The notes under the pieces were generated by a model. The model saw nothing but the letters and a program-made list of their open reading frames with translations, was not told the origin of the DNA and ran no database searches. 64,000 nt of DNA from contig CDPCPM010000180.1 of assembly GCA_976551045.1 (NCBI GenBank), positions 13,144,001 to 13,208,000 of the forward strand, written 5' to 3'. Below are positions 25,255-37,530 of this stretch, piece by piece. Position 1 is the first letter of the stretch. Every line of letters begins with the position of its first letter. This stretch comes from Glaucostegus cemiculus (taxonomy: Eukaryota). Both the position numbers and the translations under genes were made by a program.

Positions 25255-25645
25255 AGGGTGATGCAGCAGTTACGACTGCTGCCTTACAGCTCCAGGGATC
25301 TGGTATCAATCCTGACCTCATGCTCTCTGTGTGGAGAGTGCATGTTCTCCTTGTGGATTTCTGCTAGATGCTTGAGTTTTCACCTCTCTTTGACTCTTTA
25401 ATAGGTCTCCCCTATCGGTGTCTTCTCTCAAAGACATTCTGGTAGTTTAACTGGCTACTGTAAATTATTACCCCATGTAGAGAAGTGGCAAAAAAAGATC
25501 AAGAGAAAGTTAGTGAGCATGTGAAGAAGGATAAGTTGCAGGATGGCAGAGAAATGAGAATGAATGGGACTGGTGGAGTTGTTCTTTTGGGAGCTGGTAT
25601 AGGCTTGATAGGCTGAACGTCTTCCTTTCATGTCATAGCAAGTAA
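25255..25645 (+). mobile_element. tRNA-derived V-SINE/HE1-like SINE, decayed
   Basis: Head GCTGCCTTACAGCTCCAGGGATCTGGTATCAATCCTGACCTC (B-box-like); core TGTGTGGAG..TGCATGTTCTCC and GGCTACTGTAAATT. Confidence 0.65.
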
Positions 25646-26099
25646 GAGCTTTGTCTCTTTTGTGTTATTCTATCCTTTTTAATTACAAACAGAAATCAAA
25701 CGCTTGGAATTTGGAAACTGTAGTGGCTGTGCTGTTCTTCCAGATATATGGTCCTGAGCATATGGGCATGTACACCAACAGTGTCATGTAAGTCCCATGT
25801 CACATTGGGAATGACAGATTTTAGCTATACTAACAAAGTCCATTGATGGCAATCTGTCAAAAGAATTCCTTGCCTGCCAAAACCAAGAAATAAATTAATG
25901 TTGTTTATAAGACTCTAACCACTCTAATTAGTTTACCTCTATCAATACACCAATGAGAGTTTAACACCTGTCATTAATAAGGATTTTCTTTTGGTGCAGG
26001 GATTTCATGTACCTTAATGTTCTCTTTCTGGCAACCTGGACATCCAAGTGATATTAATAGCAGTGCAGCACATGAAAATCTTTACTGGTGAGATTTTCT

Positions 26100-26794
26100 A
26101 TCAGAATCAGAATCAGTTTATTGTCACTTTCATGTATACATGAAGGTGAGATATCGTACTCCACAGGCCAATGTGCAAAAGACATTAAAGACAATAAAGG
26201 ACAACAGGACAAAAACATCAAAACATTGGAGCCGCATGGACTTCGGTCTGCTGGTACAACACGTCTCCCAGAACCTCAACATTACATCTCCCAGCCCCCA
26301 GCCTCGCCCCGCACCGACGACCACCTCCAGCCCCCGCAGTCCTACAACCTCCGGGCCCACAGTCCAACAACAACCTCCGGCCCCACAGTCCGATCCGATG
26401 ACCACCTCCGGCCCCGCAGTCCGACCACCTCCGGCTCCTTCACCTCCGGCCCCGCAGTCCGACGACCTCCGGCTCCTTCGCCTCCGGCTCCGCAGGCCGA
26501 ACACCTCCGGCCCGGGCAGCCCCCTGACCGCCCGCATCCCGACGCCACCACGAGGATCCAGGGCCTTCAACATGCTGTCGCCTCTGACGAGCTCCGACGA
26601 GCTGTCGGAGCCGTCAGCACAGACAACGACTCCATAAAACGAACACCAAGCACACAAACATTAAGAACAAACATCAGGAACAAAGAACACACAAAAAAAA
26701 AACAGCACAAAAACACTAAAAGACTAACAGAAAACACTAAGCACTACAGACCCGGGAGAGGCCGCTGCAACTGTGTGCGCCGCCATCTTGGATC
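26100..26794 (-). mobile_element. Non-autonomous, non-coding retroposon with Rex1/Babar 3' tail and internal GC-rich minisatellite
   Basis: Minus strand starts GATCCAAGATGGCGGCG, then a T/G-rich tract and 23-38-bp repeats; ends GTGACAATAAACTGATTCTGATTCTGAT like the Rex copy ending at 31939. Confidence 0.75.
26313..26520. repeat. GC-rich minisatellite (core CCGACCACCTCCGGCCCCGCAGT), about 7 variable units
   Basis: Repeated CCTCCGGC and CAGTCC visible directly. Confidence 0.85.
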
Positions 26795-27242
26795 ACAATA
26801 ATGTTAATAAGATTGTCATTATTCATAACACATAAAAACAGCTTTCAATAATGCTGAAAACTTAAACTCAACATTATCTAAAGAGAAAGTACATTTCTCC
26901 TAAGTATATAAGCAGAATGCAACACAGTGCCTGTAAAATAAACTTGACTATATCAAACTAGGAGCCCAATTTGCCCCAAGGTGGCTTCCCTTTCAAACAG
27001 AAGTCATATGGTGCTTCGGGGGCGAGGGGGAGGGAAGAGTGGTTGGGGGAGAAGAACCTATACAGGCTTCTGATGAGTGGTGTGTGCAGGAAACAGCTTG
27101 AACAAACTGCATTCATGGCAGAAAGATAGGCAAGCGTCTATAAAAACCTTCTAGGTATGACTGCACTTTTGTCAGTCTTACTGTGCAGCCAAATACCCCT
27201 TCCAGGCTTAAATGCAAAAGTCACATTTTCCTGGACACTGTC

Positions 27243-27786
27243 CATAGAACATTGAGCACTACAGCACAGTACAGGCCCTTTGGCTCACAATGTTGCGCTG
27301 ACATTTTATCCTGCTCTAAGATTTATCTAACCCTTCCCTCCCACATAGCCCCCTATTTTTCTATCATTTATATATCTATCTAAGAGCCTCTTAAATGTCC
27401 CTGATGTATCTGCCCCAACGACCTCTGCAGGCAGTGCGTTCCACACACCCACCACTCTCTGTGTAAAAAAACTTACCTCTGACATCCCCTTTATACCTTC
27501 CTCTAATCACCTTAAAATTATGTCCCCTCGTGTTAACCATTGTCACCCTGGGAAAAAGTCTCTGACTATCTACTCAATCTATGCCTCTTATCATCTTGTA
27601 CACCTCTATCAAGTCCCCTCTCATCCTCCTTCGCTCCAAAGAGAAAAGCCCTAGCTTGCTCAACCTATCCTCATAAAACATGCTCTCCAATCCAGGCAGC
27701 ATCCTGGTAAATCTCCTCTGTACCATCTCTAAAGCTTCCTCATCCTTCCTATAATGAGGTGACCAGAACTGGACATAATACTCCAG
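27243..27786 (-). mobile_element. CR1 LINE 3' part
   Basis: LEYYVQFWSPHYRKD.EALEMVQRRFTRMLPG..LGLFSLERRRMRGDLIEVYK. Confidence 0.9.
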
Positions 27787-28939
27787 TGAACACGATACTC
27801 TGAAGTCTGTCAAAGCAGCAATCCTGCCCTCCAGATTCTCCTCTACATACTATATCTAACTGATCTTTTATGCCTAATTTTAATAATTTGAGATTAAGCT
27901 CCAGTATTAGCACCTACTCTTTTCAAAACTAAGAATATCCACACCTACAGCTGTTGCATGTGCACCTTTGACCATCCATGCGGTGATTAAGAGTGGAGCC
28001 CCTACTTCTCCTCTCTGCAGGCTTTCCTTAGACAAGCCCAATACTTGTACATTCACATCCACTCTGCCTGAGATTAACCAGCGTCACACAATCCAAGGTC
28101 TAAACATGAGACCTTCACTTTCAGATGTCTCATTAATCCAACTAATGGTGCATTTATCCATTTAGTCATTGGAATTCTAGTGCAGAAATCATGCTGTTTT
28201 ATTACCAAAGAATGTGTTTGTAAAAACATTTCTATTTACAATTTTAATAACATTTTCATCCATTTCAAAGAGGTTTTTTTTCTATAAAACCCATTTAGGG
28301 GAATTTCTGACACAACACACTGACTAAACATTTTTAACAAGAAACATTATCCTGCAGCAAATTACTTGAGCCTCAGCATTAAAATCTGTAAAATCTTACA
28401 TGTCAGCCTTGAAACAATTTCTCAGTCAAAGTTATTTTCCAGTTGTGACATTTTCAAAAAGCATCCATGACAGTAACAAACTAGAAACATTAGTTTATTT
28501 TTCTAAGTAGGATCTCATTATACAGAAATCCATAGTACATAGTTTACTATCCTTACTTTAGCTAGAGTTGGTTTGATTTTGTAGGGTGAAATATTGTAGC
28601 TTAATTTCAACCTTCAGTCAAATGTTATATCTTAATTTAAGCCTTAAGTAAGGGCCTCTATTTTGCATTTCATCCTAGGTTGTAATAAGCAGTATTCTGT
28701 GCAGAACTTTAATGGGCCAGATTGACTGGCAAAGTCCTGCTGTCTGCAATCGACATCTATGCTTACCCTGCATGTGGCCCAGATATGGGAGACCTGTCTC
28801 ACTCCTCTGCATACCCTGAAGTCCAGTGCTGTGGCCTGAGCAGTGTAGGGCCACCTGGATAAAGTAAAACGCCTCACCACTAACCCCCTAATAGCTTTGG
28901 CAAGTGGCAAAATCCCACCTCCTGCTTGAAAAAGCTGTT

Positions 28940-29598
28940 ACATAAGAACATAAGAGCAGGAGGAGGCCATCTGGCCCGTCGAGCCTGCTCCGCCATTCAG
29001 TAAGATCATGGCTGATCTGGCCGTGGACACAGATCCACCAACCTGTCTTTTTCCCATAACCCTTAATTCCCCTACTATGCAAAAATCTATCTAACTGTTT
29101 CTTAAATACATTTCATGAGGTAGCCTCTACTGCTTCCCTGGGCAGAGAATTCCACAGATTTACTATTCTCTGGGAAAAGCAGTTTTTTCCTCATCTCTGT
29201 CTTAAATCTATTCCCCCAAATCTTGAGGCTATGTCCCCTAGTTTTTGTCTCACCTACCAGAGGAAACAACCTTCCTGCCTCTATCTTATCTACCCCTTTC
29301 ATCATTTTATATGTTTTTGTAAGATCCTCTGTCATTGTTCTGAATCCCAGTGACTATAGTTCCAGGCGACTCAATCTCTCATCATAGACTAAATCCCTCA
29401 TCTCCAGAATCAACCTGGTGAACCTCCTCTGCACAGCCTCCAAAGCCAGTATATCTTTCCTCAAGTAAGGAGACCAGAACTGCACACAGTACTCCAGCTG
29501 CAGCCTCACCAGTACCCTGTGCAGTTGCAGCATAACCTCCCTGCTCTTAAATTCAACCTCCCTAGCAATGATGGCCAACATTGCATTTGACTTCTTTG
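28940..29598 (-). mobile_element. CR1 LINE 3' part, (CTTATGTT)n tail
   Basis: LEYCVQFWSPYLRKDILALEAVQRRFTRLI, KTRGHSLKI; ACATAAGAACATAAGA on +. Confidence 0.9.
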
Positions 29599-30217
29599 GT
29601 ATTTAAGTATCTCTGAAAATCATTTAAATATTTTTAACAATGATGTAAGTGATTTAAAAACATAAAACTTGTAAATAAAATATAAAATTAACTATAAAAT
29701 CATTAAAACAAATAGTTTAAAATATTTAACAATAAAGAAATAAAAGGAAAATTATTTCACCGTGTCATTTTCTCTCCACTGAAATCAATGTTTCTGAATC
29801 TGTCAGTAAGTTCAAGACTTCTATGTTTGACTGCACATATATAGAAACCCTGGGCAGCCTTCCATTTAAATGGTTAAATGCTGTCAGTTCTGTTCAAAGC
29901 TGTCAATATTTACCAATAAAACCCAGGCCAATATGTGCATTGTACATCACAAGTAAAAGCCAATTACTCCTGCAGAATAATTCTGTAATTCCACTCTCTA
30001 AGTAAGGAATGCAGATTGGGCATAGACTAGATGACTGAAGTCTAATTTCAAGCAGCTGTTGTTTGTGACAAAGAGAATGTAATCTCAGCTCCTCTTTCAT
30101 TTTATATTATTAAATCCTAAATATCATAGATATCTGTAATATTTCTAAAAGTAATTTATGAACTACCCAAATCTATATTTTTGAAGCCGTAATGAATCAC
30201 GGCACTGATATGAAGTG

Positions 30218-30543
30218 CAATAAAACTCTGATAATCCACCGATCTCAGGACTTAGGTACCGGATCTGCAGATTTTTCTGGCTATTGGATATTATTCCAAT
30301 CAATGCCTCAAAACACTTCTGTATTACATTTTTTAGATGTTTTGTCATAGTATAATAATTTTTCCAGTGAACCAGGTGAGCTTAAAGGGGGCACAGGAAA
30401 CAAAGTCCCAGTGAGTTTAAAGGGAATGTGGGAATAGAGATCCTATGGGTGTAAAGAGAGCACTAGAATCAGAACCAGGTGAGCCAGATGCCAAACTATC
30501 TGGTTTTCTGAACAATCAGATAGCATATTGTAGAATTTTACTG
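30218..30543. mobile_element. Probable old Tc1/mariner (pogo/Tigger-like) MITE
   Basis: Imperfect TIRs CAATAAAACTCTGATAAT / ATTGTAGAATTTTACTG with TA on the right flank; internal ~33-bp repeats (GTGAGCTTAAAGGG, GTGAGTTTAAAGGG). Confidence 0.5.
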
Positions 30544-30698
30544 TAAACTTTTTAAATATTTTAAGGGGAATTAATTTAATTTAATGTTAACAATATGGTT
30601 TAAATAACATCCAAGGATAAAAACAGAAAATACTGCAGATGCTCAGAAAATTGAGAAGGAATTGAATTAACGCTGAAACTCCAACATCCAGAGTTTAG

Positions 30699-31646
30699 AT
30701 GACGAACAGGGTCTTACCAGGGGCGAGTGCTCCCTCCTCCCCCTCCCCCCTTAACTGGATACTGGATTTTCTAACTTGCAGGCCGCAGTCAGTCAAAATT
30801 GGTGAAAGCACCTCAAGCACCATCACACTGAGCACTGGCTCCCCACAGGGTTGTGTGCTCAGTCCGCTCCTGTTCACCTTGTTGACTCACGACTGTGAGG
30901 CCAGATCCAGCTCCAACCGCATTGTTAAATTTGCCGATGACACGACAGTGGTGGGTCTTGTCACGAATGACGATGAGTCGGACTACAGAGAGGAGGTGAA
31001 ACAACTAGCCGTGTGGTGCCATGACAACAACCTCTCCTTGAATGTGGATAAAACCAAGGAGATGATAGTGGATTTTAGGAGGGGTCACCGTGTGCATGCC
31101 CCGCTGACCATCAACGGGTCTGCTGTGGAACAAGTATGCAGCACCAAGTTCCTGGGGGTGCACATCACCGACGACCTGACCTGGTCCACTAACATTACGG
31201 CCCTTACGAAGAAAGCTCAGAAACGCCTCTACTTCCTGAGGAGACTGAGGAAAGCGTACCCCCATCCCTCCATCATGAAAACCTTCTATAGGGGGACCAT
31301 TGAGAGCATCCTAACTCAATGTATCACTGTTTGGTTTGGAAGCTGCTCAGCTGCTGGGCGGAAGTCCCTCCAGAAGATAGTTAGGGCTGTGGAGTGGATC
31401 ATAGGTGTCTCGCTTCCATCCCTCGCAGACATATACAAAGACCGTCGTGTGAGGAAGACCAAAAGCATAATGGCCGACCCTTCTCACCCCTCCCACCACC
31501 TCTTCACAATTTTTCCATCAGGGAGGAGGCTTAAATGTATCAGGGCAAGAACGACCAGGCTGAACAATAGCTTCTTTCCGCAAGCCATCAGAACTGCAAA
31601 CTCTCTCGTCTGTCCATCTTCCTTTGTTAACACTAAGAGATGCTAG
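30699..31646 (+). pseudogene. Truncated Rex1/Babar ORF2 (C-terminal half of RT with FADD motif); first ~17 codons are not RT-like
   Basis: 315-aa ORF in the track; lacks endonuclease and N-terminal RT domains. Confidence 0.8.
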
Positions 31647-31939
31647 GTGCACAGAAATGCACCAGCACTTTAAATGCCCAACACCAGCCCGTTCACTTTA
31701 ATAACTATTTATTTATTTACCGGCCATTTTTAATTTAATCAGCGGAATAATTTAATTTTAACTTCTGTAGCTTTTAATGTCTAATGTTTTGTAATGTTTA
31801 TTCTGCCAAGTGTGTATGTGTGTCTCTGTTGGTTGTTATGTTATTTAATGGGACGAGCACCTGAGGAGGACGGTATCTCGCTCCTATGCATACTATGTAT
31901 GTATACGGTTGTGACAATAAAACTGATTCTGATTCTGAT
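30750..31939 (+). mobile_element. Young 5'-truncated Rex1/Babar LINE
   Basis: Uninterrupted frame [66 protein letters not shown]; tail AATAAAACTGATTCTGATTCTGAT. Confidence 0.93.
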
Positions 31940-31959
31940 GTCCATCAACAGTACCACGC

Positions 31960-32183
31960 CCACTCAATCTGCTTCCACCTATCACCTACTAGCCTCTGTT
32001 TCACCCCTCCCTTCACTTCTACCTATTGGCTATCCTTCCTCTACAATCTCAGTCCTGACGCAGGGTCTCAAACCAAAATGTAGACCATCCCTTTCCCTCC
32101 ACAGATGCTGCCTGACCTGCTGAGTTGTTACAGTGGTTTATATTTCGCTCCTGATTTCAGCACCTGCAGTCTCTTGTGTCTCC
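31960..32183 (+). mobile_element. PLE terminal-repeat fragment with decayed hammerhead motif
   Basis: CCACCTATCAC..CAGTCCTGACGCAGGGTCTCAAACCAAAATGT..CACAGATGCTGCCTGACCTGCTGAGTT. Confidence 0.75.
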
Positions 32184-32879
32184 TTCCCCACTGTACCCTC
32201 GCATTTGGTTTTAAATTTACATCCTTGTCTTCCAAAGTCATGGTTTGTCCAGAATCATGGGACTAAACATATTTATCTTTTGCCAATAGTTCACTAGCCT
32301 TTCTCTGACTTACATATCTGAACATTGCAGCCATGCATCTTCTTCTATGACAACAACAACCTGAGTTCAAGTTTTATAAGTCTACGGTCTCTTTCAGTGA
32401 GGGAAGTTACTCCAAAGATATTTACATCAAGGACAAGGAGTGATCACATGATATATTATTTGATTTGATGACTGTATTTAAAGGCAGAGGTGTGTTTGAT
32501 TTGCTAATTATGCATTAAGTGGCCACATCACCCATGTTGCTACATGAATGATAACTTTTATAGTTGTTATGAAGCAGTATAAGGCCATGTTAACTCCTCA
32601 TGAAATATATTGCATTCACCAGGTCTGCAGAAGATGCAGCTATACAAAGAGAGCAAAATCCCTCTTGTAACTTTGCCAGAAGGGTTGGTTTGTGTACAAA
32701 ATTTGATTATCCATTTTATACTTGAGTTAACTGTTGTCAGTAAAGTTGCAAGCTGCAAGAATTTACAAATGAGTCATCAGACAAGACAATATCATTGTTG
32801 GATATTATCTGAGTTCTTCACATTGCGACCGAAGTGCTAACAATACCCTTCGGGTAGATTGGCTGATTCGGCATTTTTA

Positions 32880-33275
32880 CCTGTAATTCACATGGTGGTG
32901 AGATTGTTCCTAAATCAGAACGATGGGGGTTCAAACTGCACTCTGGAAACTTGAGCCTAACTTTCTAGTATGACACTGTAGCACAGTACTGAAAGAGATG
33001 TCTTAGATATGACATTAATTCAAGGCTCTGACACCCCTCTCATTTGGAAGTAAAATTCTCATGGTATGATCTTGAAAAGGAGCAGAGGAATTTTTATCCC
33101 TTGGATCCTGGTTTCGTGATCAACATTAGATCATTAACTAAAGCAGATCCATATCACCTTCTTTATGAAAGCTTGCAGTATACCAATTTTCTGTTGTGTT
33201 TCCAAGGCTACAAAGTGCCTACATTTCTAAGTAATAATTGGGCTGTTAAATGCTCCTGAATTCATGAAAAATGCA
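32880..33275 (+). mobile_element. Deu-domain SINE (SacSINE1/AmnSINE1-like), old
   Basis: B-box GGTTCAAACT, then CAGTACTGA..GATATGACATTAATTCAAGGCTC..CATGGTATGATCTTGAAAAGGAGCAGAGG, resembling my recollection of the Deu core. Confidence 0.55.
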
Positions 33276-34684
33276 CATGGCTTTCACAGAAGTATCATTC
33301 CTTTGGATATCAAGGTCAAAATACTACTATAGAATTACAAGTACTTACAGCTTGTGTTACAATATTTATTTACAAGTACATTACTATTGGGGCTATTAAA
33401 AACTGTACTCATAACAATTGACAATCAGTGAGGTGATTAAAGTTTGAAGCATGTTGTAAAACTGTTTTATTTGAGAGTCCTACCCACGGAGGACCCCTAC
33501 AACAATGTTTGCACTTTTTCTCAGGTCTGCAGGGCCATCCGACTCTAATCAGTTGACCAGAGAAGCCTGAACCACTCGAGCTGACTGTTTTCCCCATTTG
33601 CCTTTGATTTCAAGCACTAGCAGAACCGAGATTTCAAGAGACTTTCCAAGTTTAATATGACTACTATGAGAATGTATAGTAGCAAGCAACAAATGCAAGA
33701 GAATTTCCATTTAGGATAAATACATTGGATAATCCAAATCCTTCATCGTAATACTGCATTAGGAATGAAATTAGTCTCTGACAGTAGCATGAAATGGGAT
33801 TAACATTTCAGTAGCATATTTTTTACACTGTTTTTGTTTCCTGGACTTTCATTGTATTCTGCCAAGTTTCCTTGATTCCTCTTAGTTACACCAGATTTGT
33901 GCTTTTTAAGCTGCTTTTTATGTTTGGTCATGGACAACACAAGACATTTCAAAATAAGCTTCTGTTGGTTTGATTAGTATCCAAAACAGTGGAAGTGGTG
34001 ACACAATTTCTGTGCAAGTAAGTTAGAATACGGTAATCTCTGTAAGTATGGTAAATGTCTTGTATTATAAATTACAGATCAAGCTTTGTGCAAATTGACA
34101 GTTTCCATTAGACTGACTCTCATGGGAGACAAAATTTACCTCTTCATTTCCTGCCATATTGGATTAGCACAGCCAGGTCAAACAATTAACCTAGGATCAC
34201 AGTTGTTGACTCACTGCAGGTATGGAACAATATGCTTAATCTTTACTGGTCACCTGCAGAATATGAGACCTATAGATCAATTGTACAGGTCAAACTACCA
34301 TTTCAGATTTTTTTAAATAAAGAGATATGCTGAAACAAAAAGATACAGGATTCCATAGATTAGAGTCTACAAGTTTACATGGTATTCAAACTAAGAAGCA
34401 GAGAGTCCTTTTAGCTTCCCTTAGCTAAGAATAAATACTGGCAGTTCTACATGGAACTGTTTGCAGTCTCAGTGGAAGTTCAGGAACATTATGTGACTGA
34501 ATGCACAAATCCCAAACTTAATGGACACACTCCAGTGTTCTCTTTTTGGCTGCTTTCCACTACTGGACTCCATGCAGAGTCCAATGATTGCATTAGGTCT
34601 TCTTAAGATCCATCAGAATTTATACTGGATCTCTTATATGACAAGAATTAACTCTTCACCTCTCAATCTGCCTCAGAAATAGCC

Positions 34685-34868
34685 CTTGCACCTTACTTGC
34701 CTATGTGCACTGCAGTTTCTCTGTCACTGTAACAGTGTATTTTGGGTTGTTTACTTCTCTTTTGTACTACCTTGTTGTATTTATCTGTGGAATGATCTGT
34801 CTGGATGGCCTGCAAACAAAAGCTTTTCATTGTATCTCAGTACATGTGACAATAATAAACCAATTACT
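34685..34868 (+). mobile_element. Rex1/Babar 3' UTR fragment (CCAATT-tailed subfamily)
   Basis: CTGTCTGGATGG..GCAAACAAAAGCT..GTACATGTGACAATAATAAACCAATTAC matches the reverse complement of 60578-60650. Confidence 0.8.
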
Positions 34869-35879
34869 AATTCCCTAGACTTGAATCTTGTGAATATTAA
34901 TGGCAATTGTCAGCCTGTGGGGGAAAAAAAGTAAGGAAATCTTTTTTTTAATTATTATTGTCTATAATTTTTTTCCTAATCATCTGAAATTGCTTCTAAT
35001 TGCTCAGGTGTTTAAAAAGTAAAACTTTATAGTTGTTAATTTTTTACTTCATTTTAACTGTTCTTGAATGCCAATGGTAAACAAAGACATTTAGCTCTCT
35101 GACAATTTTAACAGGCAGGGAAGCTTGTGGATAAAGTTTGCAGCCTGATGTTTTTTGTAGGCATGGCTTATTTCTAGCTAACCCACGTCATGACCTTGTC
35201 TGAAATCCACCCTCTGTTCAGGGCCTTGTTGCTCAGCTCTGGGATCAGTAGGAGATGCCCTCCGCTGGTTCAGGAGAGTGGTGATTGTTGGTGATGACTG
35301 TGGGTTGAGAGTCCCTGTCAGAAAAATGTGGCCTGTTATTGAATTAGTGGTTGCAGCATTATGTTTTCTGTAGCAGGAACAGTCAGTTTTACCAAAATGC
35401 TCACATTGTACTAACAGGGACCCACTGTCCCACATGCATTATCCATTGCCCCTAATTGCCTGTAAGGGTCTGGCTTTTCTTCATCAAGATGTTCACAAAG
35501 ACAAGTAACAAGGGTCTGAGTAGCAGTGGGATGTATGTGATATGCTGGACCCAGAACATGCTCCAACCCCGAGACTCCTTGGAAAGCCAAAACAGCCCCA
35601 ACCCCAGTTTTACATGATATATTGAATGTTTCTGAATGTCTCTGATATTTGGATGCATTTAAAATCATACAATATCTTTAAAAATTGCTAAATAAACAAA
35701 AATATCCCAGAATCGATGTTGGTCAATGTTTATTTATTTTCCCTAAATGCATAAGATCATGTAAAAACAAAGACTGATTTTCTTATTACAGGGTTATGTA
35801 GGATGTAATTAAGTTTGAGCAAGTTGATTATTATGAATTAAATTGGATAACAAGTATGGTTGGATTACTCTGAAATAAA

Positions 35880-36165
35880 AAAGGTTGCGTTTATGAAGCA
35901 CCTTTTGTGTCCCTTTCAGGTTATCCTTAAGGCACTTCACAGCCAATGAAGTGCTTTTGAGGTTACACTGCAGAAAGCCTGGAATCTAATTTTTAAACAG
36001 CAAGATCCCACAAACAGCATTGAACTAATGACCAGATAATCTACTGCAATATTTTTGATTGAGGATATTGTTCAGGGAAGTGTGGAAAGTTATTCTGCTC
36101 TTCATTGAAATATTGTCCTGGGTTCAAGTTCAGAAGGCAGGCAGACCCTTCAGATTATACTTCAG
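35880..36165 (-). mobile_element. Deu-domain SINE, apparently continuing at about 36675-36720 after a CR1 insertion
   Basis: GCACTTCACAGCCAATGAAGT..AACAGCAAGATCCCACAAACAGCA..AATGACCAGATAATCT..CTGCTCTTC; similar to 50720-51060. Confidence 0.65.
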
Positions 36166-36174
36166 GAAGACAAA

Positions 36175-36665
36175 CAGAAAAGATTCAAAAGAATGTTGCC
36201 TGGATTAGAGGGCTTGAACTATAAGCAGAGACTGGATAGGCTGGGTCTGTTTTCCATGGAGCAAAGGAGGCTGAGAGGCTGAGCAAAGGCATGATAGAGA
36301 GATAGCTGAATATAAAATTATGAGAAGCATAGATAGGGTTGATAGCCAGAGTCTGTCTCCCATGTTAGGGTTGTCTAAAACAACAGGGCACAGGTTTAAA
36401 GTGAGAGGGAGGAAGTTTAAAGGGGATCTGAGGGGTAAATTTTTCACACAAAGGGTAGACAAATCTGGAATGAGCTGCCAGAGATGGTGGTGGAGGCAGG
36501 GATAGTAACAACATTTAAGAGAAAACTAGACAGGTACTGGAATGAGCAGGGTACAGAGAGATGCAGGATAAATACTGGCAAGTGGGATTAGTACATTAGG
36601 CATGATGGTCAGCAGAGACACGATGGGGAGAAGGGTCTGTTTCTTTGCTGTGCTTCTCTGTGACT
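36175..36665 (+). mobile_element. CR1 LINE 3' part
   Basis: IDRVDSQSL..TTGHRFKVRG.KFKGDLRGKFFTQRV; tail GAAGGGTCTGTTTCTTTGCTG. Confidence 0.88.
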
Positions 36666-37279
36666 CAGTGATTCTATCCGAGATCTGACAGTGTAGCACT
36701 CCTGCAGGGTCTGTTTTAGGAGTCTGGCTATTCAAAAGTGATTACCAGGCAAACAGAGAAGTTTGTGAAAATATGCATGCTACTTCAAAGTGAAATAACT
36801 ACCTCATTAAGATGCTTAACAAAAGAATTTCACTCAAATGTATGAATGGATTTGTTAATATGAATATAAATCTTCTTCTGTGATGTTTATTCCCCTGATG
36901 ATAATTCATAAGCAACTATATATAATCATCAGAAGAATAAATATCATTTCACAATGTGCAGATTCCATGTTCATGCTTTGCTAATAAAAGAAAAGTTTAA
37001 TTCTTGGGATTTGTGTTCTTGCACATCATTCAGTAAAATATCCGTAGAGGTCACCTGTCCTGAGCAGATGTAGACAAGTATTTTATTTTTTTGCAGCTTG
37101 TATGAAGGTGGTTTTCATTTGTTCATTATGTAATGTTCGGACCACTTTAGTCTCAGAGCAAGAAGTCTAAAATGAAACATTCAGAGGATTTGAACACAAA
37201 AACTCGTCTTTGATTACCAGTGCCAAACATGTGGTAGAATTAGTTAGTGATTGCATCCACCTCCTGACATTCAGACCCA

Positions 37280-37530
37280 TTATAGAGCCATAGAAGCAGG
37301 CCTTCCAGCTCACCCTGTCCATGCTGACCATCGAATACTTACCTACACCAATGTCATTTACCAGTACTTGGTCTGCAGCGTTCTGTGCCTTGGTGATTCA
37401 AGTGCTCATCTAGATACTTTAAATGATAATCATTGTCATAGAGTCATAGAGCAGTACCACAGAGACAGGCCCTTTAGCCCAACAAGTCCATGCTGACCAT
37501 GGTGTCTACCCAGCTTGTCCCAATTTCCTA
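37280..37530 (-). mobile_element. Two short CR1 3'-tail fragments
   Basis: TAGAGCCATAGAAGCAGGCC and GTCATAGAGTCATAGAG..ACAGGCCCTTTAGCCC..CCATGCTGACCA. Confidence 0.7.

Noticed and set aside
26088-26801. Pro/Ser/Thr-rich ORFs of 237, 175 and 165 aa as mucin-like genes
   Set aside because: Open frames on both strands arise from the stop-poor GC-rich minisatellite; non-ATG or arbitrary starts, no domain, retroposon ends.
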